A stretch of DNA of 61,733 bases, filler included, from Choristocarpus tenellus KU-1152 (lineage: Eukaryota; Protista; Phaeophyceae): NCBI GenBank assembly GCA_964200185.2. It is 9 parts of 9 records of this genome, joined end to end, with 100 filler letters (N's around TTAATTAATTAA, not from the genome) between each part and the next. Parts side by side here need not be neighbours in the genome. Positions count along the whole stretch, not along the records: positions 1 to 16,034 come from CAXNAD020000885.1; positions 16,135 to 27,945 come from CAXNAD020002126.1; 7 more parts are not named here. One strand, written 5' to 3'. The position numbers were made by a program, and so were the translations under genes. This document shows, piece after piece, positions 11,938 to 23,790 of this stretch (its first letter is position 1; each line of letters begins with the position of its first letter). The notes below the pieces were generated by a model that worked only from the letters and a program-made list of their open reading frames with translations, searched no databases and had not been told where the DNA came from.

Positions 11938-14400
11938 CGAGCGTAAGAAATCGTGGAGGTGCTGGGGGATGGGGCATGCTGGGGGAGGGCATGAAATTCG
12001 AAGTGCTGGTATCAACGGTAGCCTCGAAACCAACTTTGAACCAAGAGTGAAAGTATCTTAGAGGGTACGAGTTTTGCCCTGTTTGTCCATTTGGGGCTTG
12101 GCTTCCCTCATTTATTTATTTTTTAAGACATTACCTACTCGGAAAATTTTCGGAATAGGTAAAATGTGTACGTTGTAAAAAGGTGCGTCGAGAAGAAAGA
12201 TATTGACACTTCCTAAACAAACACGATAGTGATAGCCAAAATTTCATCAAAATCGCAACATTGGATTTTGGCCCCCAAATGGACGCGGCGCTACCCTCTA
12301 AGATACTTTGGCTCCCAACTTTGAACCACCTTTGCATCATGCATCTCAGTGCGTGCTTGCCTGTGGCGTAAACACAAGCCAAACTCCAGACAGATAGACA
12401 GATATAATTACAAGCATTCAACGGCACTGGGCTATACACACCGTGTCAAAGTGGTGACAGTAAACCTCAGGGTTAGGGTACCAACCACTTACTCACCGTG
12501 TCAATGGACAAGAAGGCTTCCGTGTAGGATGTTTGAGGATCAAACCTTGTGTTACACAAGTCGGTCTGGTGGAGTATATTGGCAAGGCCCAATCCAGAAT
12601 GGGCAAGGTGGGCAGAGGAAGGCAGAAAGTGAAGAGAGGGTCCTTCAAATGCAAAATATATATATAGCTATGTGCAACCCATTGTTCCAGAAACTTCTGC
12701 TGAGGTACTACAACCGAAGCTTCCGTAATAGACTATGAAGTGGTATTGTGTAAGTTGAACCAATCAAATTATATGTATTGTCACACATTTTGTCAATGAA
12801 TCAGTAGCCTACATTAATCAACTTGCATATTATTTCTGATAAGGAGCTTTGCAGGGCCAAAGTTAGGCAAACTAAAGGGAGCTCAAGACCCCACTGTACC
12901 CCTTCAGACCTAAACCAAAGGCATCAAGGAAGCGGGGGGGATGTATCACCTGGAGTCTCAACTTGAAAAAAACAAACTCCAAACACCATTCACTCACCAC
13001 AGGAGCCACTCTCACAGACCCCAAATCTACAAATGTGATGTCCCACACATCACAATAGTTCCGGTACAGGTTGATTAGGATGTTACTTGGTTTAATATCA
13101 CCATGGAAGAGACCAAGGTCATTCATGGTCAGCAGCTTTCTTAGTCCCTTTTTCGCACCAGGACAGAGGAGAGCAGATGGCAGTGCAAATATGTTATTGG
13201 GCAAGCAGGACCTTTGGACCAGAGGGGAGATGTGTATTGATGTATATTGGTTCTAGATGGTAAAAAAACAAAACACAGAATGTATACCACGCTGGTTCCT
13301 GCACAAAGAACAATGGAGGGCACGACTGGAGGATATACGCATGTTGTGAACTCTATACCTCTTTTGTTGGAGCGTTGCTTGAGTGTGGCGTAGTGATGGG
13401 AGTTATGGAGGGATATGTATGGGGTATTGACTTCTTGCCATTGAATTGTAGGAAGAACTATAAGGTGTTCATCTTCCTGCAATAAGTAACTGACAAAATG
13501 ACCTGTTTGCTTGGAACAGACAGTGGTTCGTCCAGTCCCTTACTAAAATTCCTGAAAGTTCCCTGTTGGTTAATTCTCACATGCAATTCTAGATGCAGCT
13601 CAATTGTAGCCAACCTAGTTGAAATTGTCCAATCGACATGTTGTTGTTTCGTTAATTTCAATAGAATTAGGAGAGCACAAACCTCATGGACAGGACTGCT
13701 GGTTTTTGGTACAGGTATACTAAGATGGTTCCTTGGTTACCCAATGCAATATCCCAACTCACCAGCCAAAAGATCTTCTCCAACGCCAAGCTTGGAGTGT
13801 CCATGAGGGGTCCAACAAAGGTGCACACGAATTCTTGGTTCAGCTCCCTTCTCGAAAGATGTACCGCAGTTGAAGGGGCGACAATGAGCGAGGTAATATA
13901 CAATCAAGACCATACAATGCGCTAAAGAAGTTGTATCGTGATCGAGACTAAGTCCTTCGTTCATCAAACCCTCGACAACGCAGGCTGGAGAAGGTCTTTG
14001 CGCACGAACTAATCCTTCCCGACAGACCAACAAGTGAAGATCTATCCAGTCTGTAACTATGAGTTAGGGAAAATGAAGCTAGAAGATAGACACTAGGGGA
14101 CAACGTACTCTTCTCCTACCTTCAAGCAAATCGACACCAAGTAAGAGCACAACCTGGGTGTGGGGAGAGATGCAACTCTTTGATGTGGTCCATGAAAAAG
14201 GCTAATATTCGGGACAACTCACCATCCTCCAAACTCCATCGCAATAGCGCTTCTTGGATTGTCGTTAGATCCGTTGGTCCATCCCCACACACGGGGAGAA
14301 ACGTTGTAGTCTCCGAGAATACTCAACGCTTCGCCTTCTTTGGTTACCTTTTCCCCCGATTGTGTCACTTTCAACACCGCTCCCGAATTCTACCAAGTAA
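7040..14400 (-). CDS. Divergent non-RD Ser/Thr protein kinase with long low-complexity C-terminal tail (multi-exon, possibly pseudogenised)
   Basis: In-phase GT-AG exons: 13147-12998 (HGDIKPSNILI, DLG), 12565-12497 (TSYTEAFLSIDT), 11886-11700 (DMWAFG), 9280-9078 (RLTLEEIRHSSW), 8677-8393 and ~8051 downward. Probable upstream exons at ~13360-14400. In-frame stops at 13737 and 13458 and an apparent frameshift near 7600-7850. Gene ends are uncertain. Confidence 0.75.
7684..7850. repeat. 33-bp tandem repeat x5
   Basis: Unit CTGTATGAATTGATGTTGACCTTGAGGTTACCT, nearly perfect, inside the kinase tail exon. Confidence 0.95.
8811..8924. repeat. 15-bp minisatellite x~7
   Basis: Unit AGTACAGTAAGTAC(A/T), intronic. 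Confidence 0.95.
8991..9028. repeat. (CA)n microsatellite
   Basis: Pure CA run. Confidence 0.95.
12045..12314 (-). mobile_element. MITE family A, full copy (270 bp), in a kinase intron
   Basis: TIRs GAGTGAAAGTATCTTAGAGGGTA...TACCCTCTAAGATACTTTGGCTC; subterminal GTCCATTTGGGG at both ends; TSD CCAA. Confidence 0.9.
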
Positions 14401-16034
14401 CAGAAAGGTCAAGACACGGTGGGAGACAAGGACGTAGAGAAGGCTAAGACTGATACATCATATTTCATTCCCTGTCGTACATTCAATCGTACATTTCTGT
14501 TTATCCACTGCATTGACTATTGCACGTTTGCGTAAGTCGAAGAACCAAGTTTTCTTTGTCCCTTCAGCACAACTTACCCCCCCGAGAAACTTGGCACCGA
14601 AAAAAACGTCTAACCTTCAAAATATACGCTGTACCAAAACCCCCACTTCCCCATACGGACAATTCTCCACCGCCCAGGGATTCCAGTAGGGAATTGCAGT
14701 CAGGGTGAACCATCCCTCTGGTCATTGGCATGGTGTTAGTTCCCAACACGGAAGTGTGATGACCACAGTAGGAGCAGCAAAGCTGATGATAAATACAAAT
14801 ATAGAGAGTCACTATGATGGATTCCTCCCTTTGGCTCAGTCTCAAATCTTCAGTTTGACACGGCCTAGCACTAGACTGTTGGTGTTAGTGATTGAACCTG
14901 CTTTTGTTGTGGAAGACCTACAAACTTGATTGGAAATTATTATACTCTTTCCATATTTCTATTTTGAGTAAAATAATACTACTTCTGTTCTATTGCATTC
15001 AATAAAAAGGTAACTTTATAGATAATAGCAATAATAAAATATACAACTAGACAAATTCACTAATATATAGATAAAAAACAATGGACGAACATGTTTGGAA
15101 ATGTCGACAGTACACAGAAAAACCGAGATCATCCGTGTCCAACCTGATTCAAAAATATATATGTATATCTTGTAGAACATTAGTAGTACTATTTCGGAGA
15201 AACTCAGCTAATGATTCCTTTCCATGCACCAAGGTTCGAAATTCCCGCTTTTCCGTTGGTTCTTTCTGGAGACAATCTTTTGGTTCTTTCCACCTAACTT
15301 AAGTGAAGTCAGAAATAAAATACTGACGGAAAAGCCTGTTCCTTACAGTTGTAGAAGGTTATCACATAAGTTCCATCCATCATGTAGAAACTATTATAGA
15401 AGTTAAGGACAGGTCCCCATTTTGGGGATTTCCCGACATTAATAATAATGTACGAGTCTTGTGAACTTTCACCTCTCGTCTTTTACCATTTACTCCACTT
15501 CACGTAGTGTTGTGTACATCTGGCACACATTGTCACCATAGCCCAACACAAAAACCGTAGATTCAAACCACCAAATGCCAAAATAGTGTTTTCTGTTATG
15601 ACTTGTTGCAACGAATCACAGCGGAGATCGATCAACATACCATTCTGAATCTCGTATCTGGTGGTTCTTATCAACCCCCATCACACACAACGAGGTCCCA
15701 TAGGAGTGATATTCAACATGATAAGTGTTGGGGGTCATCAAAGATGTAGGGTGATGCCATGATGGCGGATAAGAAGGAAGCAAAACCAACTCAAAAGCTG
15801 TTGAGCGTGGTAAAAAAGACGAGACGACTTCGAGAAATAAAGCACTATCAGGGAAGCGTACGTTGAGAGGGAGGGTGGAGGAGAATATTCACAGTGTTCC
15901 TAAATACTGAGTCGATTGATCTCAACCCTCATCTTAATGAAGTACTCAATCGATGACCCACATCCATTACCCTTACTACTCCAGACATGATTGAAGCGCC
16001 TGAAGTACCCCTGGCAAAGGGAAATGGGAAGGGC

Positions 16035-16134
16035 NNNNNNNNNNNNNNNNNNNNNNNNNNNNNNNNNNNNNNNNNNNNTTAATTAATTAANNNNNNNNNN
16101 NNNNNNNNNNNNNNNNNNNNNNNNNNNNNNNNNN
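16035..16134. other. Artificial contig linker N44-TTAATTAATTAA-N44 (also at 27946-28045, 31442-31541, 36989-37088, 41337-41436, 46284-46383, 49502-49601, 58952-59051)
   Basis: Eight identical 100-nt spacers carrying stop codons in all six frames. Confidence 0.98.
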
Positions 16135-16309
16135 AGTTGGCACACGGCCAATAGAGACAGAACAAACCCCAAGCAATCCCCTCACCCTCCCACCCCCACA
16201 AAAGCCGCATCAATAAGTGGGTAGTACACAAGTTAGCCCCAATCGATCATAGCCGACAAGATTAACAGTATAGGTCTATTGAAGTACAACAGAAGAGGTG
16301 CTGTCTCAC

Positions 16310-19300
16310 CACTAGTAGAACTCAGTCCCTTCCCCCCATCCTTCCGTAGTCGGGCTTCACTCTCAAGGATAAAGAGGGCGCGCTCAAACTGGTCCAGTGG
16401 AAGCTGATTGATTGCCCTTAGAGTCCAAAATACATCATATATGCTCCTCAGGGACATTCTTGGCACAAAATCAAACCTAGGCAGGAGCAAGGCCATGAAT
16501 CCGGATAGAGAAAGAATGGGTAGGGATAAATTTAAGGGCAATATCAGGCTTCTAACTGGGAGATGAGTGTGCATGTCCTTTTTTGAGGGATTTTTTTTCA
16601 ACCTGGCAAGATTCTTCTTTTTTATTGCTAGGCTACAAACTGGATCACCCTCCACACTAATATCAAAGGCACTTCAAAGTAGACTGAAGCATGCAGATCT
16701 CAGCTTAACAGGGCAAGCATGAAAAAAGAGGTCAATACCAATGCTATGGCCTTCCACCAATCCAGTCTTTAGTCTCAGGGCTCAGGTTCATTTCCGTCAT
16801 TGCCAGTCAACACATATTTAGAAAAGAGAGGCCACAGCTGGAAAACGGAGTATAAACTGCCCCGCATTAAGGTACTATTACTACACGCCAGGCTCTTAGG
16901 TATTTGAAGTTTGACTGAGAGGTAACACACACAAGCCCCTTTCAAAGGACTGGTTGTATTGGAAAAGGGATCCAATATTGTGTAAAGTTATGTCTATGTC
17001 TTTCACTGAAGCAGTAAAAAAACGAATGTATATAGAATTGCTCTTATCCTCATCACTGCTGATGTTGTGCACATGACCTACACAGAACACAGGAGGTTTA
17101 ACAACAAAAGAGCAGTGTCTGACACAAAACAGAGTTGAAAGAAACCATAACAACCTGTGCGCCCTCTGAAAAACCATCTCCTCAAAATTCTGATTTTGAC
17201 CTTTTTTCTAGAACCCCCCACCTAGATTTTAAGATATTTAACAGTCATCAAATCATTGCCACTTGAGCTGTTTCTAACTGCATACTGTAGGTAGACTTAG
17301 AGCACTGAGCGGATCATGAAATGTTCGTGTTCCCTGCAGATATTGCTGCATCCCAGCCTATAGTAGTGTTTGGGGGTAGGTTATCAAACGATCATGGGGC
17401 ACTTTCAACAGTAGAGCACAGTCTTGTCAGGTAAACACAGGATGGAAAGTCAGTAAGTGTTGAATCTGGTCAATTCTGACTGCATGTACAATTTACAGTG
17501 TCAAAGCACTTGTCAGTAATGCAACACTGCACCTGGCCCCAATTTATTGAAGACTTCACTGCAGTCCTTAACTGCCAGTAGGACTATGCCACATTAAAAA
17601 TAGAGGCCTCTCTTGTGCATAACCTATGTTGATCCAACACAGTTTGGGTACAGTTGCGGCCTATATGGACCCTAGTTGGAACTTAGCCCACTTTGCACTT
17701 GACCTAAAATCAATACCAGGTCAATTTCATTATCTCCACTCTATTGTATCATATATTGATGATAATACACAGTTAAGAATAAAAAACCAGGATGCTTCAA
17801 ACATCCATTCAGGCAATGACGAAGGGAAACAGCCACATACCATTTACAAATGATTCCAACATATTCTCAAGTGCTTGGCCAAGTCCATCAAGAATTGGAA
17901 ACTGTCTGGTCTGGTCCATGGGCCTGAAAGGCTAAGAATTTCGTAACATGTCTGAACCAGGCCCACAAATTTGGACCTATCCAGTCTGTGGGGCCCGCTT
18001 GGTCTACTTTCGGGTCGATTTGGTTCGATTGACAGGCCCGCTTGGTCTATCTGGTCAGAGTATAAAACGTTTGCAAAGTGTTGATTGTCGCCAGATACAC
18101 GGCTGTAACAATTGTTCTACCTCCAAGTGTGTAAGTGAAAACAAAAATTGAGTGTGGTGTGCGGCATCTAAAATTTTGTCTACACCCATGTATACCATGT
18201 ATTTATTTCTTGTTTTGATACAATTACCTTACTAAAATTCAAATTTTACTGCCGATTTCAAAATGTTCCAAGCAAAATTCCATATTTCTTCACAGTAGTT
18301 CACGTAGCAGTATGTATACCGCAATAAAAACATTTATAAATACATACGGTCAGTTTATATACCACATACTATGTTGTAATATACGAAGGACTGTTCAGAC
18401 CAATCCTGGTTATGCGTGAAATAAACTTTGACGGACTAGGCACACATAAATTTTCCTGACAGGGCTGGTCCATGGCTCTCCACCGTATCAACATGACTTG
18501 ACTGAAGGCTTGAGATGCAAATAATTTCCTGACAGCAAAAGTCCATGGCCATCAACTGTTTCAACATACGCCTGGGTCACTGCTAACTGCCTGGAGTGAT
18601 GGAACATCCTGAAAAGCACCTCCCCCTTCCCTCCCCTATCCCCTCCTACCTGTTTACAAACACAAAAATGTCCTCGGCTTCAACAGACTGGGGGAGCCCC
18701 CCAGGACCAGTGTAAACCGCAGGGGGTCCAAACGCGTAGCACTCCACAGGCACTGGACGACCAACATCAAGACCTCTTCCAGTAAATGCAATACTGGAAT
18801 CCTTACCACTTGCAACTGGCTCTGTACTACAGTCACGGGCCTGCCAAACATCCCTTCCCTTGTTAATCAGTTTCTTGGTGTCAGAGAGCATCAGCTTTAG
18901 GAGGATGGCCGCACCCCCACCCAGGCTGTGACCTGAACAGAGGATAGGTAATAAGTTACATAGCGAGAAGGGGATTATGCAATTATACATCGCACATCAC
19001 AAGAAAGGATGTGTATAGATAGCTATCCTATTTTCTACTCAGTGTTCTGGTAGTAGTTCAGGGTGAAAAAATCCCTACAATATTAAATTTACAAAAAATA
19101 TATAGAAACCTCCAAGCCATTTTCCTAAAAAAAAAAGCCCATCAACAAAAATTTTTGCTCTCAATTTGCAATAAAAAAAAAGCGAAGTAGGGTTAGGGTG
19201 TGATTTGATGACTTGGAGAAGACAGCCACCGGTGACTAACCTATTACTGTAGTGTATCGGAGAATAAAGAGGGGGCAGCGATAACATAAACTTCATAATA

Positions 19301-20118
19301 CGAACATTAGGATCAGAAGGGGGTAAGAGCCTAGGGTGGGATGGGTCAACATTGAGTGAGAGTAAGAGACAACCTATTGGGTTCAAACAAACACGCCAAA
19401 GTATAGACATTAGGGGTGTATACAGTATTAAAAAAAGCTCGACCTGTGAGCACCAGCTTATAGTCCTGGTGTTCCTTAAGCAGTCTTTCCACCTCTGGAC
19501 GGACATCAGACCACAATGCAAGGGCACTTTTTGCTATTCCCAAGTGGGCCCACCCGTTCAGAAATTCTGCAGCATTGAACCATGTGGTCAAACCGAGTTA
19601 GCACAACCAGGGGAACGGGGTGGGAAGGGAGGACTAGCGGCAAAGCATACAAATATATTACCCTAACCCTAAACCCTATTCTATATAGGGCATCACTGAG
19701 CTGTTTCCTACACACTCTTAGTGAAGGCTTTTTTGTGGTAGGCACATCCCACCCTGAAATGGTCCAAGAAAAGAAAAAACCCTTATGGCAACAATGGATA
19801 GAGAACACAGGAAAAAAAAAGGAAAAAAAAGAATAGTTCAATGCCTTGGTGTACTAGCATCTCTCGCCCTAACCCCAGTTGCTATCATAAAGACTATCTA
19901 TCCCCACACCTCTCAATTCCTGTCGGCTATCGTCATCATCAAAATGTACCACTATGTAAGGGATGATCCATAATATTTTGAAGTATATTGCAAGTAGTAA
20001 AACGAGTTCAAACAATAAATCACCAAATCTTTTCGTCTGTACCATGTCAGATTTCTTTCATTGTCTTGGAATATAACACCCTTTTGTGTATTTACAACAC
20101 AAGTATTCTCACCATTTC

Positions 20119-20153
<35 letters not shown>

Positions 20154-21732
20154 CCCAAACCCCCCCCCCGCAAAAACTCCTTCCCACAAAACAATCCACC
20201 CACTCCACACCACTCTCCACGCTCTTACAANNNNNNNNNNTTTTTTTTATTTTTTTTGAAATTACCCCCCTTTTGTTTTTTTTAAATACAATAATCCTCC
20301 CCCTTTCCCCCCCCCCCCCCCCCCCTTCCCCTTCCAGAACAATCTGAACATGCCTAGAGACAATATTCTTCCAGCAAAATGTCCCACACATCTAGGCAAT
20401 GTTGCTAGCGTTTCAGAAAATATCACATGTTTACACAGTACATGCTTGATACTATACCAGAGTATGAGAATGCCTCATATCTATATGCATGACTTCAAAC
20501 AATGCAAGCAGAGGTCAATGCTTGCCGGCATTGGACTAGACTCAACACAAACAGATTCTACAAAGGTCCTTCAAACAGTCTCCGCACCCCCTTCTTACAC
20601 CCACCACAGTACACACGTAAATTTCATGCCCCTCCTCTGCTTATTTGTTCCAGAGACTGAAATGTCTGCATTTGGTAAATTTTTTTTGCCTCCCCTCCCT
20701 TTCCTGTCCAAGCACACACACCTACAGATGTACATAACATGCACATGACAGTATCAGACACACTATATGTCCCCCGGATGCTCAGCACAATGGAGTGTGA
20801 CTTGTGATCTACCGTGATGATGTATGCTTGTGTCTCTACTGACCCCCTTGTGTCCAGCTTGATAACGTCCTCTGGGGCCACCCCTGTCAGTCCCGCCACC
20901 AGCCAATGCTCGAGACTTGACCTATTGCAGATATATCCATGTAAAATGGGAATGAGGAGAATCATGTGTGCACTTTTTAAAAAGGGGTACTGTTAAAAAA
21001 AGAGCAAATAAAACACTGGCTCTTTCACTAGACAGAAAAATGAACCATATCACTACCTTTAAATATTTCAGAACAATTCACTGCCAAATGGTGGAAAGGG
21101 CACCAGTATGTGTTACAAATAGTAATAGACAGCCCTAGAACAGTGTGGTTATTCTGTGTTCATACCTATAGTTTCTTTTTATTGTGCTTGCGATGGAGTC
21201 AGTGATGCAAGGCTGACTTGGAGTGACGGCAGCAACCCAGAAAAATTACCTAAAAGCAGGGGATCACAACGCAATATTTTCTACAAAGCGAATTGATTCA
21301 AACCAATGCTGTTGTTACCATTTTCAGCTATTGAATGTGTAGAGCTTTACTTGCGATAATGTTCCAGATCAAACTCTTCAATTAAGCACGGGAAATCCCA
21401 CCCTTCTTATGCAACTTGAAAAGACATCCAATATTAGCATCGCATCCACTATGTAGTGATGAAAAGAGCAATAATCTGCAGTACTTCAATTTTAGGAGAT
21501 TATTCCTTTGTGACAGAGCTTGGCTTCACAACTACAGTGGCCAATGGAAATGAAAGCAATGTGTAACCGACAAGCATGTCATAGACAATGTAACTCTCAT
21601 ATGCTCTCCTCACCGTGATTGTAGGGCTTCAGATGGTGATGCCCGTCCTTCTTGTGCTACAAGAGCTGTTAAATCATCAAGGTTTCCTAGAACACCATAG
21701 GCTGCCTTGGCAAACTGAGAAAAGTGAGCAGC
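16310..21732 (-). CDS. Lipase class 3 / diacylglycerol-lipase-like alpha/beta hydrolase (partial; 3' end lost at the contig break)
   Basis: Exons 21732-21614 (FAKAAYG), ~20921-20748 (IVLSIRGT), ~19567-19444 (AHLGI), 18932-18650 (GHSLGGG nucleophile, CYAFGPP) and 16476-16310 (DFVPR). Phases are consistent where checked. Further 5' exons may extend to ~22300. Confidence 0.88.
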
Positions 21733-23790
21733 CTTTTTGAGGAGGTGAAGAGGAAATTGAGGGGAGGGAGGAGAGGTCAAGATGGAGACATACATGGGCC
21801 ACAATAGTATCTTGAGTATGAAATCATGCCACCGTTGGGGTGAAAAAGCTTGCATACACTTACACCTTGTGCTTCAATACGAAGCAGAAATGATCCTCTA
21901 CGGAGATTAGTTCATCGAGGAAGATAAAGCTTTCGGATGTAAAAAGTATTGACTTCCAGGGTCGCGGAGAGTATATCAACCATGTTGCCGCTCAAGTCTG
22001 ACAACAAAATTGAAGAGAGTTAGGGGGAAAAATAGAGCGCCTTCAGCTCTCCATAGGTATAATTTGGACGCTGCATCACAGTTGGGCAACAGTACCCATA
22101 TCATCACATCTCACCTTTTGGAGGATCTCAAGATCTCGAGTCTCGAGTGGGGTTTGAGGTTGATTCCTGTCGTACGCTTTTCCCTCCGATGTTTCCAGCC
22201 CCGAAACAATACCTTCATGACAAAGGTATCGACGATCGTGGATGGCTTTGAGCATCAGGACATTGATGGGCAAGCGTGCTTGCTCCTCAGCAGGTAATGC
22301 CAGGTCCTTAAGAATTTTCCACGAGGAAAAATATCAGCATGAGGCAACGGGAGGTTGTCCAAGCACATGATGAGGCAGATAAAAAGGCGCTAACACTGGC
22401 ACGTGCTTCAATAACAACATGACGTCATGGGAAGGCGCAGGTTGTATCATGCAGTTTTCCAGGGATCAAGTGCAACCCTTGCAATTTTCAAGTTTCACAT
22501 CTGAACAAAGATGGTCTGGCCACTCACCATACGAATCGCCTCGTACAGCTTGCGGAGGGTGGGTGCTACATCTGACACCTTATCTTCCGGAAGGAGCCAG
22601 TCTACATGAAAATGGCGAAGGTGGCATAACGACTGGAGATATGGGTTTCGCATCAATCATTCACTACCCTAGAAATAATGCAATCGGGAAAACCTCATCT
22701 CTTGTTATGAACATGAAATGAAACAAGATTAAAGTGGATCGTTACCCTCTAATTGTCGGGCAAGCTTTGCCCCAAGATTATTGGCGGAAACTCCTTCTTG
22801 ATTAGTAGGGTGCTTAGTCCCTAACCAGATCCCGCACATCGCACACCCTGCACTGATTTGCAGGGTGGTTGACCGAAAGATCCGCACACGGCGAAGGATG
22901 GAGCACATCGCGCTCATCTCCAAACGTATTGGCTCATTAACTCAATAACTCGGATTAACTTCAGCGCCAAGTTAGTGTTCGGCGATGAAACCCAGTGGGT
23001 TTGAAGGGTGGATAAGCTTTGACAGAGAACCACTCAAGAACACGTCCAGTATTTGAAATGTCTTCCCTTTCAAAAACACCTCTATTTTCCAGTAAAAATC
23101 AAACGCAATAACATCCGTTAAAATTGTTGAGGTTGCATCGTCAAAACGCCTTCCAGGAGAAACAACAACAGATCCACTCCGCCCACAAGCAGAACATCTA
23201 CATCAAAACTCACAACAAACTGAGCGAGAACAATCGACGCGCAAGAAGAAGAAGTAAAGGCACACACTCCAACACCGTGCACTTTCATCGCGTCATCACT
23301 GGTATTACATCTCGAGCACCCTGATTCTGTCATTACCAACTCTTTCAAGCAATAGGGTGGGCTCATCTCGATTCATATCAAAGTATCCAAGCGAGGAAGA
23401 ACAACAAGCACCTGCAATCCACGCGCTCACTCTGGAGTCCAGGTTACCAGGGTTTTTCATTTCAGGTGCATATTATGGACTAATAGATTGTGGTATAGTG
23501 CTTTTTGGAACTCTGCAGCGTAGCGCCAGCTGTCATTTCGCAAGCCTTGATCACACCCTTTTGTGACCGAAGTTATCATGAGTTCATAATGCTTCTCCGC
23601 CCTGTTATTCCTGATTCGGCAACGGCCGTCGTGTCACCTTTGGCACTAGTTTGGGCTCCGGCATGAGCAGAGTCCATAATGAGGGTGGAGATTTTCCTGA
23701 CGCTCGCATCCCCACCTCCCCCTCTTTATTGCTCTGTCATGGAAGGGGCAGACCGAGACAGACAACCAACGAAACATCTAGGTCAGCATC

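Noticed and set aside
13458-13739. Stop-codon reassignment to explain the in-frame TAA/TAG
   Set aside because: Conserved genes in the window (PreP, CaMK, lipase) contain no in-frame stops; pseudogenisation or small introns are simpler explanations.
16079-16090. Recurrent TTAATTAATTAA palindrome and ORFs ending in 'LIN'
   Set aside because: Artificial all-frame-stop linker inside N padding; not biological, and gene adjacency across linkers is meaningless.
17940-18420. Possible TIR element in the lipase intron (GTCTGAAC...GTTCAGAC)
   Set aside because: The inverted match is only about 8 bp, with no clear TSD or second copy.
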